A stretch of 64,000 nt of DNA, taken from assembly GCA_047947115.1 (NCBI GenBank), contig CP170459.1:2976001-3040000 (forward strand), in the 5' to 3' direction. Below the pieces are notes generated by a model, which worked only from the letters and a program-made list of their open reading frames with translations, did no database searches and had not been told where the DNA came from. The translations under genes and the position numbers were made by a program. This document shows, piece after piece, positions 1 through 10,674 of this stretch. This DNA is from Verrucomicrobiota bacterium. GTDB taxonomy: Bacteria > Verrucomicrobiota > Verrucomicrobiia > Limisphaerales > AAA164-E04. Position 1 is the stretch's first letter; every line of letters starts with the position of its first letter.

Positions 1-13
1 ATGGCCAAGAGCG

Positions 14-1846
14 GTGGGCTTGGCTACGGTCCTGCTGATGATGCAACGTTGCTTATGCCTTTGTTTGGCCTTGATTGGTTTACATGTGCCCCTTGAGCGA
101 ACCAACGCTCATGTGGGAGATCACCCGTCCATCCATGATACCGTGGCTGCCATTACTCTCCGGATGAAGGAACATTTTTCCGTGGACGAGTTGAAATCAT
201 TGACCTCCTTTCAGGTTGAGCAGTTTCTGAATGATGAAGAACGGGCCATTCTCGGCAAGGAACACATCCATTTCAAAGTCAATGTCCCTGTTGTGGTGAC
301 CATTTTGCGCGATCGCGATCTTAAATCCGAACCTTTTTGGATTCGGGAGAATGGATGGCAATTGACCGGGTTGGTTTTGACGGTTCAAGACACCGAACTG
401 GATGTGTGGCAGAAGAGCTTTCCTGCCGGGGATATTGGATTGGGGGTCAATTCATTGGGAACCCGTGGCGTGCATTACATCCCCATTTTGAGCCCCGTAA
501 ACGCTGAAGATGAACTTCAGGTGACCGACCTCTATCCGGGCCAGGTCAAACCCGCCATTTTGAAGAAGGGCGTCAAAATTTACTCGGATCGTGATGAAGT
601 GATTGATGCGGTTCCCGCCGGTTTTGAAGGCAGTGTCCTGCTTCAGACCGAATATGACAGTCTTCAGGATGCCTATCTGGTCAATTACTTCAAATGGACG
701 CAATATCCCAGCCAGCCATTCCCTGACCAGGTCGTGCTGACATGGAGCGATGACCCTCAAACGTCCCAGACGATTCAGTGGCGCACCGATTCTTCTGTTG
801 AGAAAGGATATGTTATGATCCAGAAGAAGGCTTTGTTCAACCGATTCAACCCCAGGCCGCTCGAACGGCTGCCTGCCACGATGGAAGTGCTGGAATCGCC
901 CAACATCATCAATGATCCGCTATCCCACCGTTTCTTTGCGACCATTACCGGTTTGGAGCCTGGTACGACCTATGTTTATTCCGTGGGCGACGGCTCGGAT
1001 GATGGGTGGACCGAGTTGGCAGACTTCACAACCGCGCCTGCCCGCATCAAACCTTTTTCATTCATTTACATGGGCGATGCGCAGAATGGTCTGGATCGCT
1101 GGGGCAGCCTGGTTCACACCGCATTTCGCGAGCGACCCGATGCGGCTTTCTACATCATGGCGGGTGACTTGGTGAATCGGGGCAATGACCGGGATGATTG
1201 GGACAGCTTTTTCTATAATGCTTCCGATATTTATGATCGCCGCCAGTTGGTGCCGGCCATTGGCAACCACGAAAACCAAGGGGGGCATCCCACCTTGTAT
1301 TTGAGAAATTTTGACCTGCCGAAGAATGGTCCCAGGCAAATTGAAAAGGAACGCGCCTACTACTTCGAATACAGCAACGCCTTGTTCGTTGTGCTCGACA
1401 CCAACATCACTCCGGAAAGTCAGGCCGAATGGTTGGATAAAGTTCTGTCTGAAAGCAAAGCCACCTGGAAGTTCATGATTTATCATTATCCCGCTTATTC
1501 ATCGGCTCCCAGCCGGGACAACGCGTCCATTCGAAAGCACTGGCTGCCCTTGTTTGACAAGTACCATGTGGATCTTGCTTTGCAGGGACACGATCATGCT
1601 TATCTGAGGACCTATCCCATGAAAGGGGATAAGAGGGTGGCTTCTCCCAAGGAGGGAACCGTTTACATTGTGTCGGTCAGCGGAACAAAAATGTATGATC
1701 AGGATCCCCGGGATTACACTGAATTCGGTATGACGAATACTTCCACCTTTCAGGTGCTGGACATCCAGATTTCCGGCAACCGGCTCGTCTATCGTGCCTA
1801 TGATACCGACAACAATCTCAAAGACGAGTTGGTGATCGAAAAGTAA
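14..1846 (+). CDS. Secreted purple acid phosphatase-like metallophosphoesterase (FN3 + calcineurin-like domain)
   Basis: Motifs GDAQ, GDLVN, GNHE and GHDHAY; N-terminal signal-like segment. The exact start is uncertain. Confidence 0.85.
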   Translation: MGLATVLLMMQRCLCLCLALIGLHVPLERTNAHVGDHPSIHDTVAAITLRMKEHFSVDELKSLTSFQVEQFLNDEERAILGKEHIHFKVNVPVVVTILRDRDLKSEPFWIRENGWQLTGLVLTVQDTELDVWQKSFPAGDIGLGVNSLGTRGVHYIPILSPVNAEDELQVTDLYPGQVKPAILKKGVKIYSDRDEVIDAVPAGFEGSVLLQTEYDSLQDAYLVNYFKWTQYPSQPFPDQVVLTWSDDPQTSQTIQWRTDSSVEKGYVMIQKKALFNRFNPRPLERLPATMEVLESPNIINDPLSHRFFATITGLEPGTTYVYSVGDGSDDGWTELADFTTAPARIKPFSFIYMGDAQNGLDRWGSLVHTAFRERPDAAFYIMAGDLVNRGNDRDDWDSFFYNASDIYDRRQLVPAIGNHENQGGHPTLYLRNFDLPKNGPRQIEKERAYYFEYSNALFVVLDTNITPESQAEWLDKVLSESKATWKFMIYHYPAYSSAPSRDNASIRKHWLPLFDKYHVDLALQGHDHAYLRTYPMKGDKRVASPKEGTVYIVSVSGTKMYDQDPRDYTEFGMTNTSTFQVLDIQISGNRLVYRAYDTDNNLKDELVIEK

Positions 1847-1864
1847 TCCATCCCATTTGCTCGC

Positions 1865-3688
1865 ATGACCTCCACTTTATTAGGACTCGAAACCGGTGGT
1901 ACGCGATCCACTTTGCTCGTCACGACTGTTGAGGGAGACCTGATCGAAAAACACACTCTTGGGCCAGGTAATTCCAGGCTGTTGGGTGACGTTGGCTTGC
2001 GCAAGTTGTTTGAAGAATGTGCTGCATTGGCTCCTCAACCAGCGGCGATAGGCTTCGGAATGGCGGGTGTCCGTGATGCGAGGGATTGCGCCGTCATCAG
2101 GAAGATCGCGGAAAAAATCTGGCCGGGTGTTCGGATGTGGGTGGATCACGATCTCGCCTCGGCGTTGATGGTGGCGCAGCGTTCTTTCAAAGACACCACC
2201 GCTCACGTGTTGGTGTTATCGGGAACAGGTAGTTGTTGTTTTGGACGCGGTATCCAGGGGAAAGAAGCCAAGTGCGGGGGATGGGGTCATCATCTGGGGG
2301 ATCGCGGCAGCGCTTATGATCTGGCGCACACGGCCATTCGGAAAGTGATCGAAGTATTCGATCAAACCGGCAAATGGCCCAAACTGGGCGAACGTCTCCT
2401 GCATGCCTCGATGCAAAATGAGCCCAACGACTGGATTCAATGGTTTCAGACAGCTCAGAAATCAGAAGTGGCTGCATTGGCCGTCCCTGTCTTTGAAGCT
2501 TGGAAGCAACGTGATGCCTTGGCGGGCAAGGTGATTCATCAGGCAGCGGAGTTGCTGGCCGCCGACGCGCATGCCTGCGCCGAGCGTTTGAATGATTCAG
2601 GTCCCGGTTTTGTGGTGGCCGGCGGTATGTTTTTAAAACAGCCATCTTTCACAAAACTTTTCCAAAAGAAACTCCGGGCCAAACGGCGAAATGCAAGAGT
2701 GCATGTCATTCCGCAAGAGAGTGTCTGGGGAACCATTTATGCGGCTCAATCGCAGCTCGATCAGCAATCAGCTGAAGGAAGAGCGAAGACTTCTGCCCGC
2801 TTGATACCAAGTCGTAGGACACCTCCTGCGAGAAAGGATGTGCTTCCCTCAAGTAATGGGATTTCACTCACGGAAAGACGATTGGATGCATCCATGAATC
2901 TGGACTCCATGAGTGGATCAAACGCTCTGGACCTTTTTATCGACGAGGATGCATCGATTCCGGAGGCGATTCGGAAAGAAAAAAAGAAACTGCTCAAATG
3001 GATCCGCTGGACCACCGAAGCCTTTGAAAGGGGGGGGCGGCTGTTTTATGTGGGGGCGGGAACCAGTGGACGCCTCGGTGTGTTGGATGCCAGTGAATGT
3101 CCACCTACGTTTGGGGTTTCCTCCGAGATGGTTCAGGGCATTATGGCGGGTGGTTCAACCGCATTGTGGAATGCTGTCGAGGGGGCCGAGGATGATTTTG
3201 AAGCGGGTTGGCGGGCTCTTGGGCTGCGTGGTTTCTGTCAAAAAGACCTCGTCCTGGGCATTGCAGCAAGTGGTCGAACACCTTTTGTGCATGGTGCCCT
3301 GGCTTATGCGAGGAGTATGGAGGCGCGCCAGGGATTGTTGTGCTTTAATCCCCACTTGAAATGGCCACGTTTGCACCGGCCGGATGTCATTATATGCCCC
3401 TTGACCGGACCGGAAATCCTCACGGGATCCACTCGATTGAAAGCCGGAACAGCCACCAAACTCGTTTTGAACATGATTACCACCCTGGCGATGGTCGGAA
3501 TCGGCAAAGTCAAAAGCAACCTGATGATTGACGTTCAAGCGACCAACGAAAAACTGCGCGATCGGGCTGCCAGGATGGTGGTCACGCTGACGGGAGCGGA
3601 ATACGATATCGCTGTCAGAGCTTTGGAGCAATCAGCCTGGAAAATTCAAAAGGCCTGCCTCAAATTGGAAAAAAGAGTAAGCCGATAA
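1865..3688 (+). CDS. murQ: Fusion of a BadF/BcrA-type N-acetylsugar kinase and N-acetylmuramic acid 6-phosphate etherase
   Basis: N-terminal GLETGGTRS, SGTGS and GGWGHHLGDRGS. C-terminal SIS domain has GAGTSGRLGVLDASECPPTFG and GPEILTGSTRLKAGTATK. Confidence 0.9.
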   Translation: MTSTLLGLETGGTRSTLLVTTVEGDLIEKHTLGPGNSRLLGDVGLRKLFEECAALAPQPAAIGFGMAGVRDARDCAVIRKIAEKIWPGVRMWVDHDLASALMVAQRSFKDTTAHVLVLSGTGSCCFGRGIQGKEAKCGGWGHHLGDRGSAYDLAHTAIRKVIEVFDQTGKWPKLGERLLHASMQNEPNDWIQWFQTAQKSEVAALAVPVFEAWKQRDALAGKVIHQAAELLAADAHACAERLNDSGPGFVVAGGMFLKQPSFTKLFQKKLRAKRRNARVHVIPQESVWGTIYAAQSQLDQQSAEGRAKTSARLIPSRRTPPARKDVLPSSNGISLTERRLDASMNLDSMSGSNALDLFIDEDASIPEAIRKEKKKLLKWIRWTTEAFERGGRLFYVGAGTSGRLGVLDASECPPTFGVSSEMVQGIMAGGSTALWNAVEGAEDDFEAGWRALGLRGFCQKDLVLGIAASGRTPFVHGALAYARSMEARQGLLCFNPHLKWPRLHRPDVIICPLTGPEILTGSTRLKAGTATKLVLNMITTLAMVGIGKVKSNLMIDVQATNEKLRDRAARMVVTLTGAEYDIAVRALEQSAWKIQKACLKLEKRVSR

Positions 3689-4277
3689 TAGGCTTGATGT
3701 TGAATTTACCGTAGGCGACACCCTGGGCCAGGAAATGACACAGTGCCGTCAGGGCAACGAGGATCAGGGATGACACCAGATACATGCCAAATCCGACGCT
3801 GGTATTCGGTTGGATGACGAGTGCAACACCATTGTAAAGCAACATCATGATACCCAATGCTCCGATGCCCCAGCATAACCAGGACGGAACAGCGGGCACG
3901 CAGTCCAGAAAACGCATCCAGAAAATCGGTGTCAGACTATAGGCTGTCAGGGTAAAGGCTTGTCTATAGGAGGTTTCTGTGTGGAATCCCTCGCAGACCC
4001 ATTGGATGAATTTTCCGCCAAAAAACAGGAGGATCAGCCCCAATAGAAATTGAATGACTTCATAGGTGATGATCTGGTTCTGTTCCAGGTGAATCACCCG
4101 GCCAATCGAACCCGTCTGGGCTCCGAATTGTACCATGCCCCAACCCTCCACCACGCAGCCGGCAACCAGTAGGGGGAGAATGGAAAACAAAAACACCACC
4201 AAGACGTTCCACGACTGGTCGGCGATTGTTTGCCAGCCCTTCTGCGGGGCGAATAGGATGATTAATGATCGAAACAT
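3660..4277 (-). CDS. Yip1-family membrane protein
   Basis: About five hydrophobic segments; P..GW..I start pattern and AYSLTP motif. ATG at 4277 chosen as start. Confidence 0.7.
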   Translation of the reverse strand: MFRSLIILFAPQKGWQTIADQSWNVLVVFLFSILPLLVAGCVVEGWGMVQFGAQTGSIGRVIHLEQNQIITYEVIQFLLGLILLFFGGKFIQWVCEGFHTETSYRQAFTLTAYSLTPIFWMRFLDCVPAVPSWLCWGIGALGIMMLLYNGVALVIQPNTSVGFGMYLVSSLILVALTALCHFLAQGVAYGKFNIKPIIGLLFFPI

Positions 4278-4461
4278 GCGGAGGCACTCTAAGCGCGACC
4301 CTGTCTGGACACAAAGCGAAATCCGCTTTTTTTGAAAACAAAAACCTGCACAGCGGGATGGGGCAGGGCGACCTTGTCTGTTTCTTCCGACCTTTTGTCT
4401 ATGGGACGTTGCAATTGTCTTCAAGAAAGGTATGCTCTGCGCGCAGTTAGAGATTTGAAAA

Positions 4462-5295
4462 GTGGAGACTATTGACCCAAAACAGAATCAGGCAGAGACC
4501 GGGCAATGCGCATCAAATGCCCTGATAGATACGCAGAACCAACGGGATGAACGCTGTATCCCCATCGACAAAGTGGGGGTGAGAGGTATCCGGTTTCCGG
4601 TCCAGGTACGTGACAAAGCGCGTGAACATCAGGAAACCATCGCAACGGTCGGCATGTACGTGGATCTTCCCCACGACTTCAAAGGGACGCATATGAGCCG
4701 ATTTGTCGAGGTCCTGCATTCCCATGGCAACTTGGTGCATGTGGAGAATATTCCGGAAATTCTCGCTGAAATGCGGCTCAAACTGAATGCCGACACCGCT
4801 CACCTGGAAATGGCTTTTCCTTATTTTTTGGAAAAAGCTGCCCCGGTGACCGGTAAAAGGAGTCTGATGGATTATTCGGTGGTGTTTGATGCATCTGCCG
4901 ACAAGGAGTCATTGGATTTTGTCTTGCAGGTGAAGGTTCCGGTCACAACCCTCTGTCCATGCTCTAAAGCCATCAGTCGATACGGGGCCCATAACCAGCG
5001 TGGTGAAGTGACCGTTGCGGTGCGCTTCGATGAGATCGTCTGGATCGAAGACATTATTCAATGGGTAGAAACCTCCGCCAGCAGCGAATTGTATGCACTT
5101 CTTAAGCGGCCGGACGAAAAAGCTGTGACGGAGCGGGCCTACGAAAATCCTGTGTTTGTGGAAGATCTGGTTCGCAACGTTGTTTTACGGCTCAAGAAGG
5201 TTCCGCAGATTCAATGGTATCGGGTCGAAGCCGAAAACTTCGAAAGCATTCACAACCACAACGCCTACGCCTCCATCGAGTCAAGGACGCGTTAG
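4462..5295 (+). CDS. folE2: GTP cyclohydrolase IB (FolE2)
   Basis: KGTHMSRF, TTLCPCSK, GAHNQR and ESIHNHNA motifs. Confidence 0.95.
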   Translation: METIDPKQNQAETGQCASNALIDTQNQRDERCIPIDKVGVRGIRFPVQVRDKAREHQETIATVGMYVDLPHDFKGTHMSRFVEVLHSHGNLVHVENIPEILAEMRLKLNADTAHLEMAFPYFLEKAAPVTGKRSLMDYSVVFDASADKESLDFVLQVKVPVTTLCPCSKAISRYGAHNQRGEVTVAVRFDEIVWIEDIIQWVETSASSELYALLKRPDEKAVTERAYENPVFVEDLVRNVVLRLKKVPQIQWYRVEAENFESIHNHNAYASIESRTR

Positions 5296-6470
5296 CGGAT
5301 ACTGAAGGGGATATCCACATATTCCTTGGTGATCCACCTTTGGACACTGTCGAACACATCCACTTCGAAGGGCTTTCCTATATTGTTGCCTGCCAAGTCT
5401 TCAAGGATGGTGGTGGCTCGGATGACATAATGACCATCCTTCCAGACTGCATCGGGTGTGAACGACCACTCGGTTTCATGGTCTGTAAGTTTAACCTGGC
5501 CTTTCACGGGGGCGCCCTCCTTTTGGCGCACTTCGATGAGGCGCTGAGCGAGCGCAACATCCAGGGGTTCACCGAATCGTATGATCAGGGGTGAGCTTGT
5601 ACCTGCTTTTGGGATCTGCTTTTTCCATTGGGCGGGATCAATCGCCGTTCTGTCTGGCTCTGCCACGATGAAGTTTTTTTGGAAAGGCTTCACGAGCGGC
5701 AGTCGGTTTGCATCCTTCCATTCCGCGTCTACTACCAGTTTGTATGCATGTCCGGCAACCAGGGAAGGTCCGATGTCCTCCAGTGGTTTGACCCCGCGTT
5801 TGATGCGCCCTGGATCGATGAACAGCGTCAGGCGTTTCATGGGGGTATCCCAGAGTTCCTGGCCGAGCTCAAGGAAAGGCAGTTCCACCTCCTGATTGTT
5901 TTCGTCATACAGATGGATGTGATCGTAAACATCTCCACCACTCATGGAATCCGAAAACACCAGATAAAATTTCAATAGATTCTCAGGCACCCTGTCTGAG
6001 CTGGGGTAAACTTGGGAGACGACTGTCGAAGGCGATTTGGGGGGAGCGCTGGATTTCCATTCCGAAGTAAAGTGTTGTTTTACGGCGGAACCTTTGGGAG
6101 TCACATCGAATTGAGCTCGATACACCATGCGCTCAGAAAAGGGGAACCTTGGAGTGAATGCAACGCCGTCTTTCGTTTTGGAATAAGTCCCCAGAATGGG
6201 AAGTGGCTCCACAATGTTACTACCAGGTTGAATGACATAAACCTTGAGTTTGGGTTCCCATGTATCCGGTGTATCAATGAGTGGTCCGACACTGGTGGCA
6301 AAATCGCCAAAACCAGATGCGACAACACCTGCCGGAGCTGCTGTCCCTTCCTTCATGATCCACTCGATGGTTCCTCCTGAGAGAGATGATGAACAGGTTT
6401 GGATGGTGCCAAGGATCAGGATGGTTCGGACCAAAGAGCACAAGAGGGTGATAGAACGTGTGGTGTTCAT
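5292..6470 (-). CDS. Exported hypothetical protein with Ig-like domains
   Basis: Long ORF with a signal-like N-terminus; PENLLKFY..FS..M and LEDLAGN segments resemble Ig-like domains. Confidence 0.55.
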   Translation of the reverse strand: MNTTRSITLLCSLVRTILILGTIQTCSSSLSGGTIEWIMKEGTAAPAGVVASGFGDFATSVGPLIDTPDTWEPKLKVYVIQPGSNIVEPLPILGTYSKTKDGVAFTPRFPFSERMVYRAQFDVTPKGSAVKQHFTSEWKSSAPPKSPSTVVSQVYPSSDRVPENLLKFYLVFSDSMSGGDVYDHIHLYDENNQEVELPFLELGQELWDTPMKRLTLFIDPGRIKRGVKPLEDIGPSLVAGHAYKLVVDAEWKDANRLPLVKPFQKNFIVAEPDRTAIDPAQWKKQIPKAGTSSPLIIRFGEPLDVALAQRLIEVRQKEGAPVKGQVKLTDHETEWSFTPDAVWKDGHYVIRATTILEDLAGNNIGKPFEVDVFDSVQRWITKEYVDIPFSIR

Positions 6471-6549
6471 GTCATCAGGTAACATTTAAAAAACGGGTGG
6501 GTCTTTTTCATGGTGTGAGTGCACATTTTGTGAACTCACACCATTGTAG

Positions 6550-6585
6550 AAAAAACAACGGCGGTCCCGCACAAGACCGCCGTTG
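6550..6585 (-). terminator. Rho-independent terminator downstream of 6608-7732
   Basis: 11-bp perfect stem CAACGGCGGTC / GACCGCCGTTG with an A6 run on the left (U-tract on the minus strand). Confidence 0.75.
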
Positions 6586-6607
6586 ACAGTAACCTCTCCA
6601 GCACCTT

Positions 6608-7732
6608 TCAGGGGAGAGGGCGGGACTCAAGATTCAGAGCCCCATTTTCCGCACGCACCAACAAAACTGCATGATCGTCATCGAGCTGGTCCAGCTGATC
6701 TACTCCGGTCCAATTCTCGATGGTTTCGTAAGGAAGCCCCTTGATACCGCCTCCTTCAACACGTTCTTCGATTTTTTCAAAATTTTCAATATTCTTCGTG
6801 CTGATTTTCATGATACCCCGACTGCTGTTCGCCATCAACAGATAATCTTCACCATCTTTTTCGTAAATGATCATGTCCAGTGGACGATTGCGATTGCCCA
6901 GTTCGGCAATGGTTTTCCCAATGATTTTTGCACCGGGTTCAATGGATTTGAGAGGGAACTGGACCAATGGCGTGCAGGTGTAGGCAGCCAGCAAATGAGG
7001 CTCAGTACCAATGTGAAACGGCACAAAGGTCCGGACCGGGGAACGGGTCTCAAAGCGGCCGTGGGCACCATGGTATATTTCCACACTTGTACCGGCAGAA
7101 ATGGTTTTGAACGGGAAGGGGATCCCGCGCAACGTCGAGGACGTAAATTCTTCGTTCGCCAGACCTGCCACCAGAACACGATCCTCCAGAAATGCGATGT
7201 CCGTGATGGACTCCTGACGAGGGTTGCTTTGACGGCGACCTTCGCCTACTTCGGCATCGGGCGGGGCGTCAGGCAAGACCGCGGAGGAAAATGACACGTT
7301 ATTGAAATCCAGCACGGAGATATTCCCGGCATGGTCCACTTTGGCCAACACGGGGATAGCTTTCGGGCCTCTTCCTCTCGAGACGGAAAGGTAAACTTTG
7401 TGACTGGCCGGGTTGACGGCCACATCCTGAATCAGGATTTCATCTGCGCTTGTTCCCAAAAGAGCGGCCAATTTGAGATTGATGCCTTCAATTTTGACCG
7501 AAGCCTGTCCATGTGGGGTTGTCGTATCACCGGTCGCAATGGCGTGAACAGCCGCTGATTTGGCATCGGCGATGAACAGAATGCCTTCGGGACCAAAAGC
7601 GATGCTGCCAGCAGCCGCAATGTTCGGATTTCCAACTTTCATGCCCTCCTGCCAGTTGACCGCGTGTGCTGTATGGGACAGGAATAATGCCCCCATGCTG
7701 AGGGCGAATGCAGATTTAAAGATGTTTTTCAT
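6608..7732 (-). CDS. Secreted hypothetical protein, possibly a beta-propeller
   Basis: Signal peptide ending AHA; beta-rich sequence; no motif recognised. Confidence 0.6.
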   Translation of the reverse strand: MKNIFKSAFALSMGALFLSHTAHAVNWQEGMKVGNPNIAAAGSIAFGPEGILFIADAKSAAVHAIATGDTTTPHGQASVKIEGINLKLAALLGTSADEILIQDVAVNPASHKVYLSVSRGRGPKAIPVLAKVDHAGNISVLDFNNVSFSSAVLPDAPPDAEVGEGRRQSNPRQESITDIAFLEDRVLVAGLANEEFTSSTLRGIPFPFKTISAGTSVEIYHGAHGRFETRSPVRTFVPFHIGTEPHLLAAYTCTPLVQFPLKSIEPGAKIIGKTIAELGNRNRPLDMIIYEKDGEDYLLMANSSRGIMKISTKNIENFEKIEERVEGGGIKGLPYETIENWTGVDQLDQLDDDHAVLLVRAENGALNLESRPLP

Positions 7733-7864
7733 AGTGCTGTTTTAATTGAGACAAGCCAGGCGGCATGCAAGTTACGCTATAGATCCTTGTTTGACCGAAA
7801 AAAGCGGACGAGTAACTGCTATTACTGTCCGCTTTGATCAAATGAAATCGTTCCGGTTGAAGGG

Positions 7865-8752
7865 TTAATTTGCGTTTGCGAGTCTCTGGTATTTCTGGTG
7901 TTTGTAACGCGTGTGAACCCAGACAAAATCAGGATTGTTTTCATTGCCTCCATTCCAGTAAAAACTGGCTGTTCCATTGGATGAATCCGTTGCAGCCCTG
8001 ACGGTTGCTTCGTTTCTCCAAGTCCTGGTTTCAGAATGGCCGTCCGCAAATCCTATGGAACTATTGTTTCCGTGGAAAACAGCAAAGGGATCTACCCAAC
8101 CTAAAGAAGGCTGAACATTGATGACCCAGGTGCCGCGATTGAAATCACGTGGATCGGCTTCTTCAATAAAGACCATGGCTTCTGTCGGGCCGTTAACTGA
8201 ACCAAGTTTGACGTAAGGAGGTTGTGGGCCTGAGGAAGATCCCCCAGTTCCGGAACCCTGCCAACCGCCCCCATTCATACCATTGGCCTTTGAGTAGCTG
8301 TCATAAGCCCAACCGGAACCGGGTTTGTTGCGTTTGGTGCGAATATCTCCCGGGCAATGATATGCTCCAGGTGCCGAGACGTAGCTGAAAAGAGGGCCTT
8401 TGCGTATGCCGTCTTCCACCCGCATTGTGGCATCCGATTTGGTCATGCTTGCAGTGATGCCGGTAAAATTAAAACTTCCGTCACCTCCCAGTGTGCCGGG
8501 ACCCGGCCAGAATCCACCGGCTGGATTGCCGTTCGTGTCGATCATTTTATCCTCGTTGTCATTGGCATACATGACAAAGCCCAAGCCCAATTGTTTCTGA
8601 TTACTCAGACAAACCGCTCCGAGGGCTTTGAGTTTGGCCTTGCTCAGCGCTGGCAAGAGCATGCCTGCCAAAATGGCGATGATTGCGATGACGACCAACA
8701 ATTCAATCAAGGTAAATCCTGATTTGGGTGACTTTGATATGCGTACGTTCAT
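7865..8752 (-). CDS. Prepilin-type N-terminal cleavage/methylation protein (DUF1559-like, H-X9-DG)
   Basis: [26 protein letters not shown]-terminal [13 protein letters not shown]. Confidence 0.9.
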   Translation of the reverse strand: MNVRISKSPKSGFTLIELLVVIAIIAILAGMLLPALSKAKLKALGAVCLSNQKQLGLGFVMYANDNEDKMIDTNGNPAGGFWPGPGTLGGDGSFNFTGITASMTKSDATMRVEDGIRKGPLFSYVSAPGAYHCPGDIRTKRNKPGSGWAYDSYSKANGMNGGGWQGSGTGGSSSGPQPPYVKLGSVNGPTEAMVFIEEADPRDFNRGTWVINVQPSLGWVDPFAVFHGNNSSIGFADGHSETRTWRNEATVRAATDSSNGTASFYWNGGNENNPDFVWVHTRYKHQKYQRLANAN

Positions 8753-8856
8753 AATCTAACGATGTGTTCAACAATTAGTGTCTGATCTAACTACCATGTA
8801 AATTCAAAATGTGAAGCAAAAAGTGCGGCGTTAACGATAACTGGAATCCTCTGCTA

Positions 8857-10437
8857 TCAACGAGCTGTGCTCTGATTTTTAATGGCCTCCAGTTTTTTCT
8901 TCATTTCCTTGGCTTTTTCCGGGTAAATCCCTGAAAGATCATTCTTTTCACCCAGGTCGTCCCCGAGAAAAAAGAGGTGGCCGTCGGGGTGATTGCCCAG
9001 TTCCGTGTTGGTGGTTTGGTTGATCCTTGCCCCTTTGGAGCCTTCGATCCATTTCCAATCTCCCACCCGGAGGGACAAGGCTCTGGCTTGTGCGACCAGA
9101 TGATCTCTCCCCATGTTCGTATCTCCCAACAGAGCAGGAAGCAGATTGAAGCTGTCAGCAGCGGCCCCTTTTGGCATGGATACTCCCATGAGTGCCGCAA
9201 AACTGGCGGGCAGATCGACCTGGCACACCAGGGCGCTGCTTCGGCCCGGCTCGATTTTCCGGGGCCATCGAACAATCCATGGCACGCGTGTGCCTGCTTC
9301 AAATGCGCTGTATTTTCCTCCCCGGAAAGGGCCCGCAGGGTTGTGGGAACCAAGTTGTTCCACTGCCTGGTCTTTGTAGCCATCGTCGATGACCGGACCG
9401 TTGTCGCTTGTGAACAGGACCATTGTGTTCTCGGCAAGCCCCCGCTGGTCGAGTGTTTTAAGGATTTCGCCTACACACCAGTCCAGTTGGACAATCGCAT
9501 CGCCCCGTGGTCCCATTTCGGTTTTCCCTGCGAATCTTGGATGTGGTACGCGTGGTACATGGATGTCGTGGAAGGAGAAAAACAGGAAAAACGAATCCTG
9601 TGCGTTGGTTTCAATGAATTTCACAGCCTGTGAGGTGATGACGTCTGCCATGTCTTCATCTTTCCACAGGGCTGATTTGCCTCCGCTCATGTAGCCAATT
9701 CGGCTGATGCCGTTGATAATGGTTCGATCATGTCCATGACTTGGGTGCATTTTTAACAATTCCGGATGTTCAGCTCCGATAGGTTCCTTGCCAATCCGTT
9801 TGCTGAAACTGACTTCGATCGGATCGTTGGGATCCAGATCCACGATGCGGTGATTCTCGACGTAAACACAAGGAACACGGTCACCCGTGGCCGGGATGAG
9901 GTAGGCATAATCAAATCCCAGTTCCAGTGGTCCGGGTTTGATGTCGCCATTCCAGTCCGCCCCGCCTTTTGGCCCCAGGCCAAGGTGCCATTTGCCGACG
10001 ACGCCGGTTTTGTAGTCCGCTTTTTGTGCGATGTCCGCCAAGGTGAACGTGTCTGGGGCAATGATAAGCGGCGCGTCGCCGCGCGCAATGCCCGTGCCGG
10101 GCTGGCGCCAGGCGTATTGTCCGGTCAGCATCGAAAAGCGCGAGGGGGTGCAGGTCGCCGCAGATGCGTGGCCGTCGGTGAACAGGAGGCCTTCCCTGGC
10201 CAATCGGTCGATATGCGGGGTTTTTACGGCCTTGGCGCCATAGCATCCGACATCCGCGTATCCCAGATCATCTGCGTAAATCAAGACAATGTTGGGTTTG
10301 CTTTCTGCGGCATGAGTGGTCGCTGTTCCGACTGTCCATGAAGCAAGGCATACGATCAATGCTCCGAAAGCGCCGGCAGCAGCGCGGTTTGGGGTCCGCG
10401 CGCGATATGTTGTCGGTAACAGGTGAAAAGGAGACAT
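8857..10437 (-). CDS. Arylsulfatase (formylglycine-dependent)
   Basis: PNIVLIYADDLG, CTPSR, GKWHLG and SDNG motifs. Confidence 0.92.
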   Translation of the reverse strand: MSPFHLLPTTYRARTPNRAAAGAFGALIVCLASWTVGTATTHAAESKPNIVLIYADDLGYADVGCYGAKAVKTPHIDRLAREGLLFTDGHASAATCTPSRFSMLTGQYAWRQPGTGIARGDAPLIIAPDTFTLADIAQKADYKTGVVGKWHLGLGPKGGADWNGDIKPGPLELGFDYAYLIPATGDRVPCVYVENHRIVDLDPNDPIEVSFSKRIGKEPIGAEHPELLKMHPSHGHDRTIINGISRIGYMSGGKSALWKDEDMADVITSQAVKFIETNAQDSFFLFFSFHDIHVPRVPHPRFAGKTEMGPRGDAIVQLDWCVGEILKTLDQRGLAENTMVLFTSDNGPVIDDGYKDQAVEQLGSHNPAGPFRGGKYSAFEAGTRVPWIVRWPRKIEPGRSSALVCQVDLPASFAALMGVSMPKGAAADSFNLLPALLGDTNMGRDHLVAQARALSLRVGDWKWIEGSKGARINQTTNTELGNHPDGHLFFLGDDLGEKNDLSGIYPEKAKEMKKKLEAIKNQSTAR

Positions 10438-10674
10438 GGGATTGTTGTCTGCCAAAATGGTCCAGTAGACAAGCGAATTTGTAGCGATCCCTAACTTTCA
10501 ACTGTGGAGAACGGATGACGAAGCCCCCGATTTTTGGTGTCTTGATGCCAAGCATGGTTCAGACTTTTTGTGAAAAATATCGCATGCAAGGGTTGTCATC
10601 AGATAATCCGAGGGTAAGGTGGGGGCGCATTTAAAACTTGGCATATTATATCACTTATTGACTCGAAACATAAC

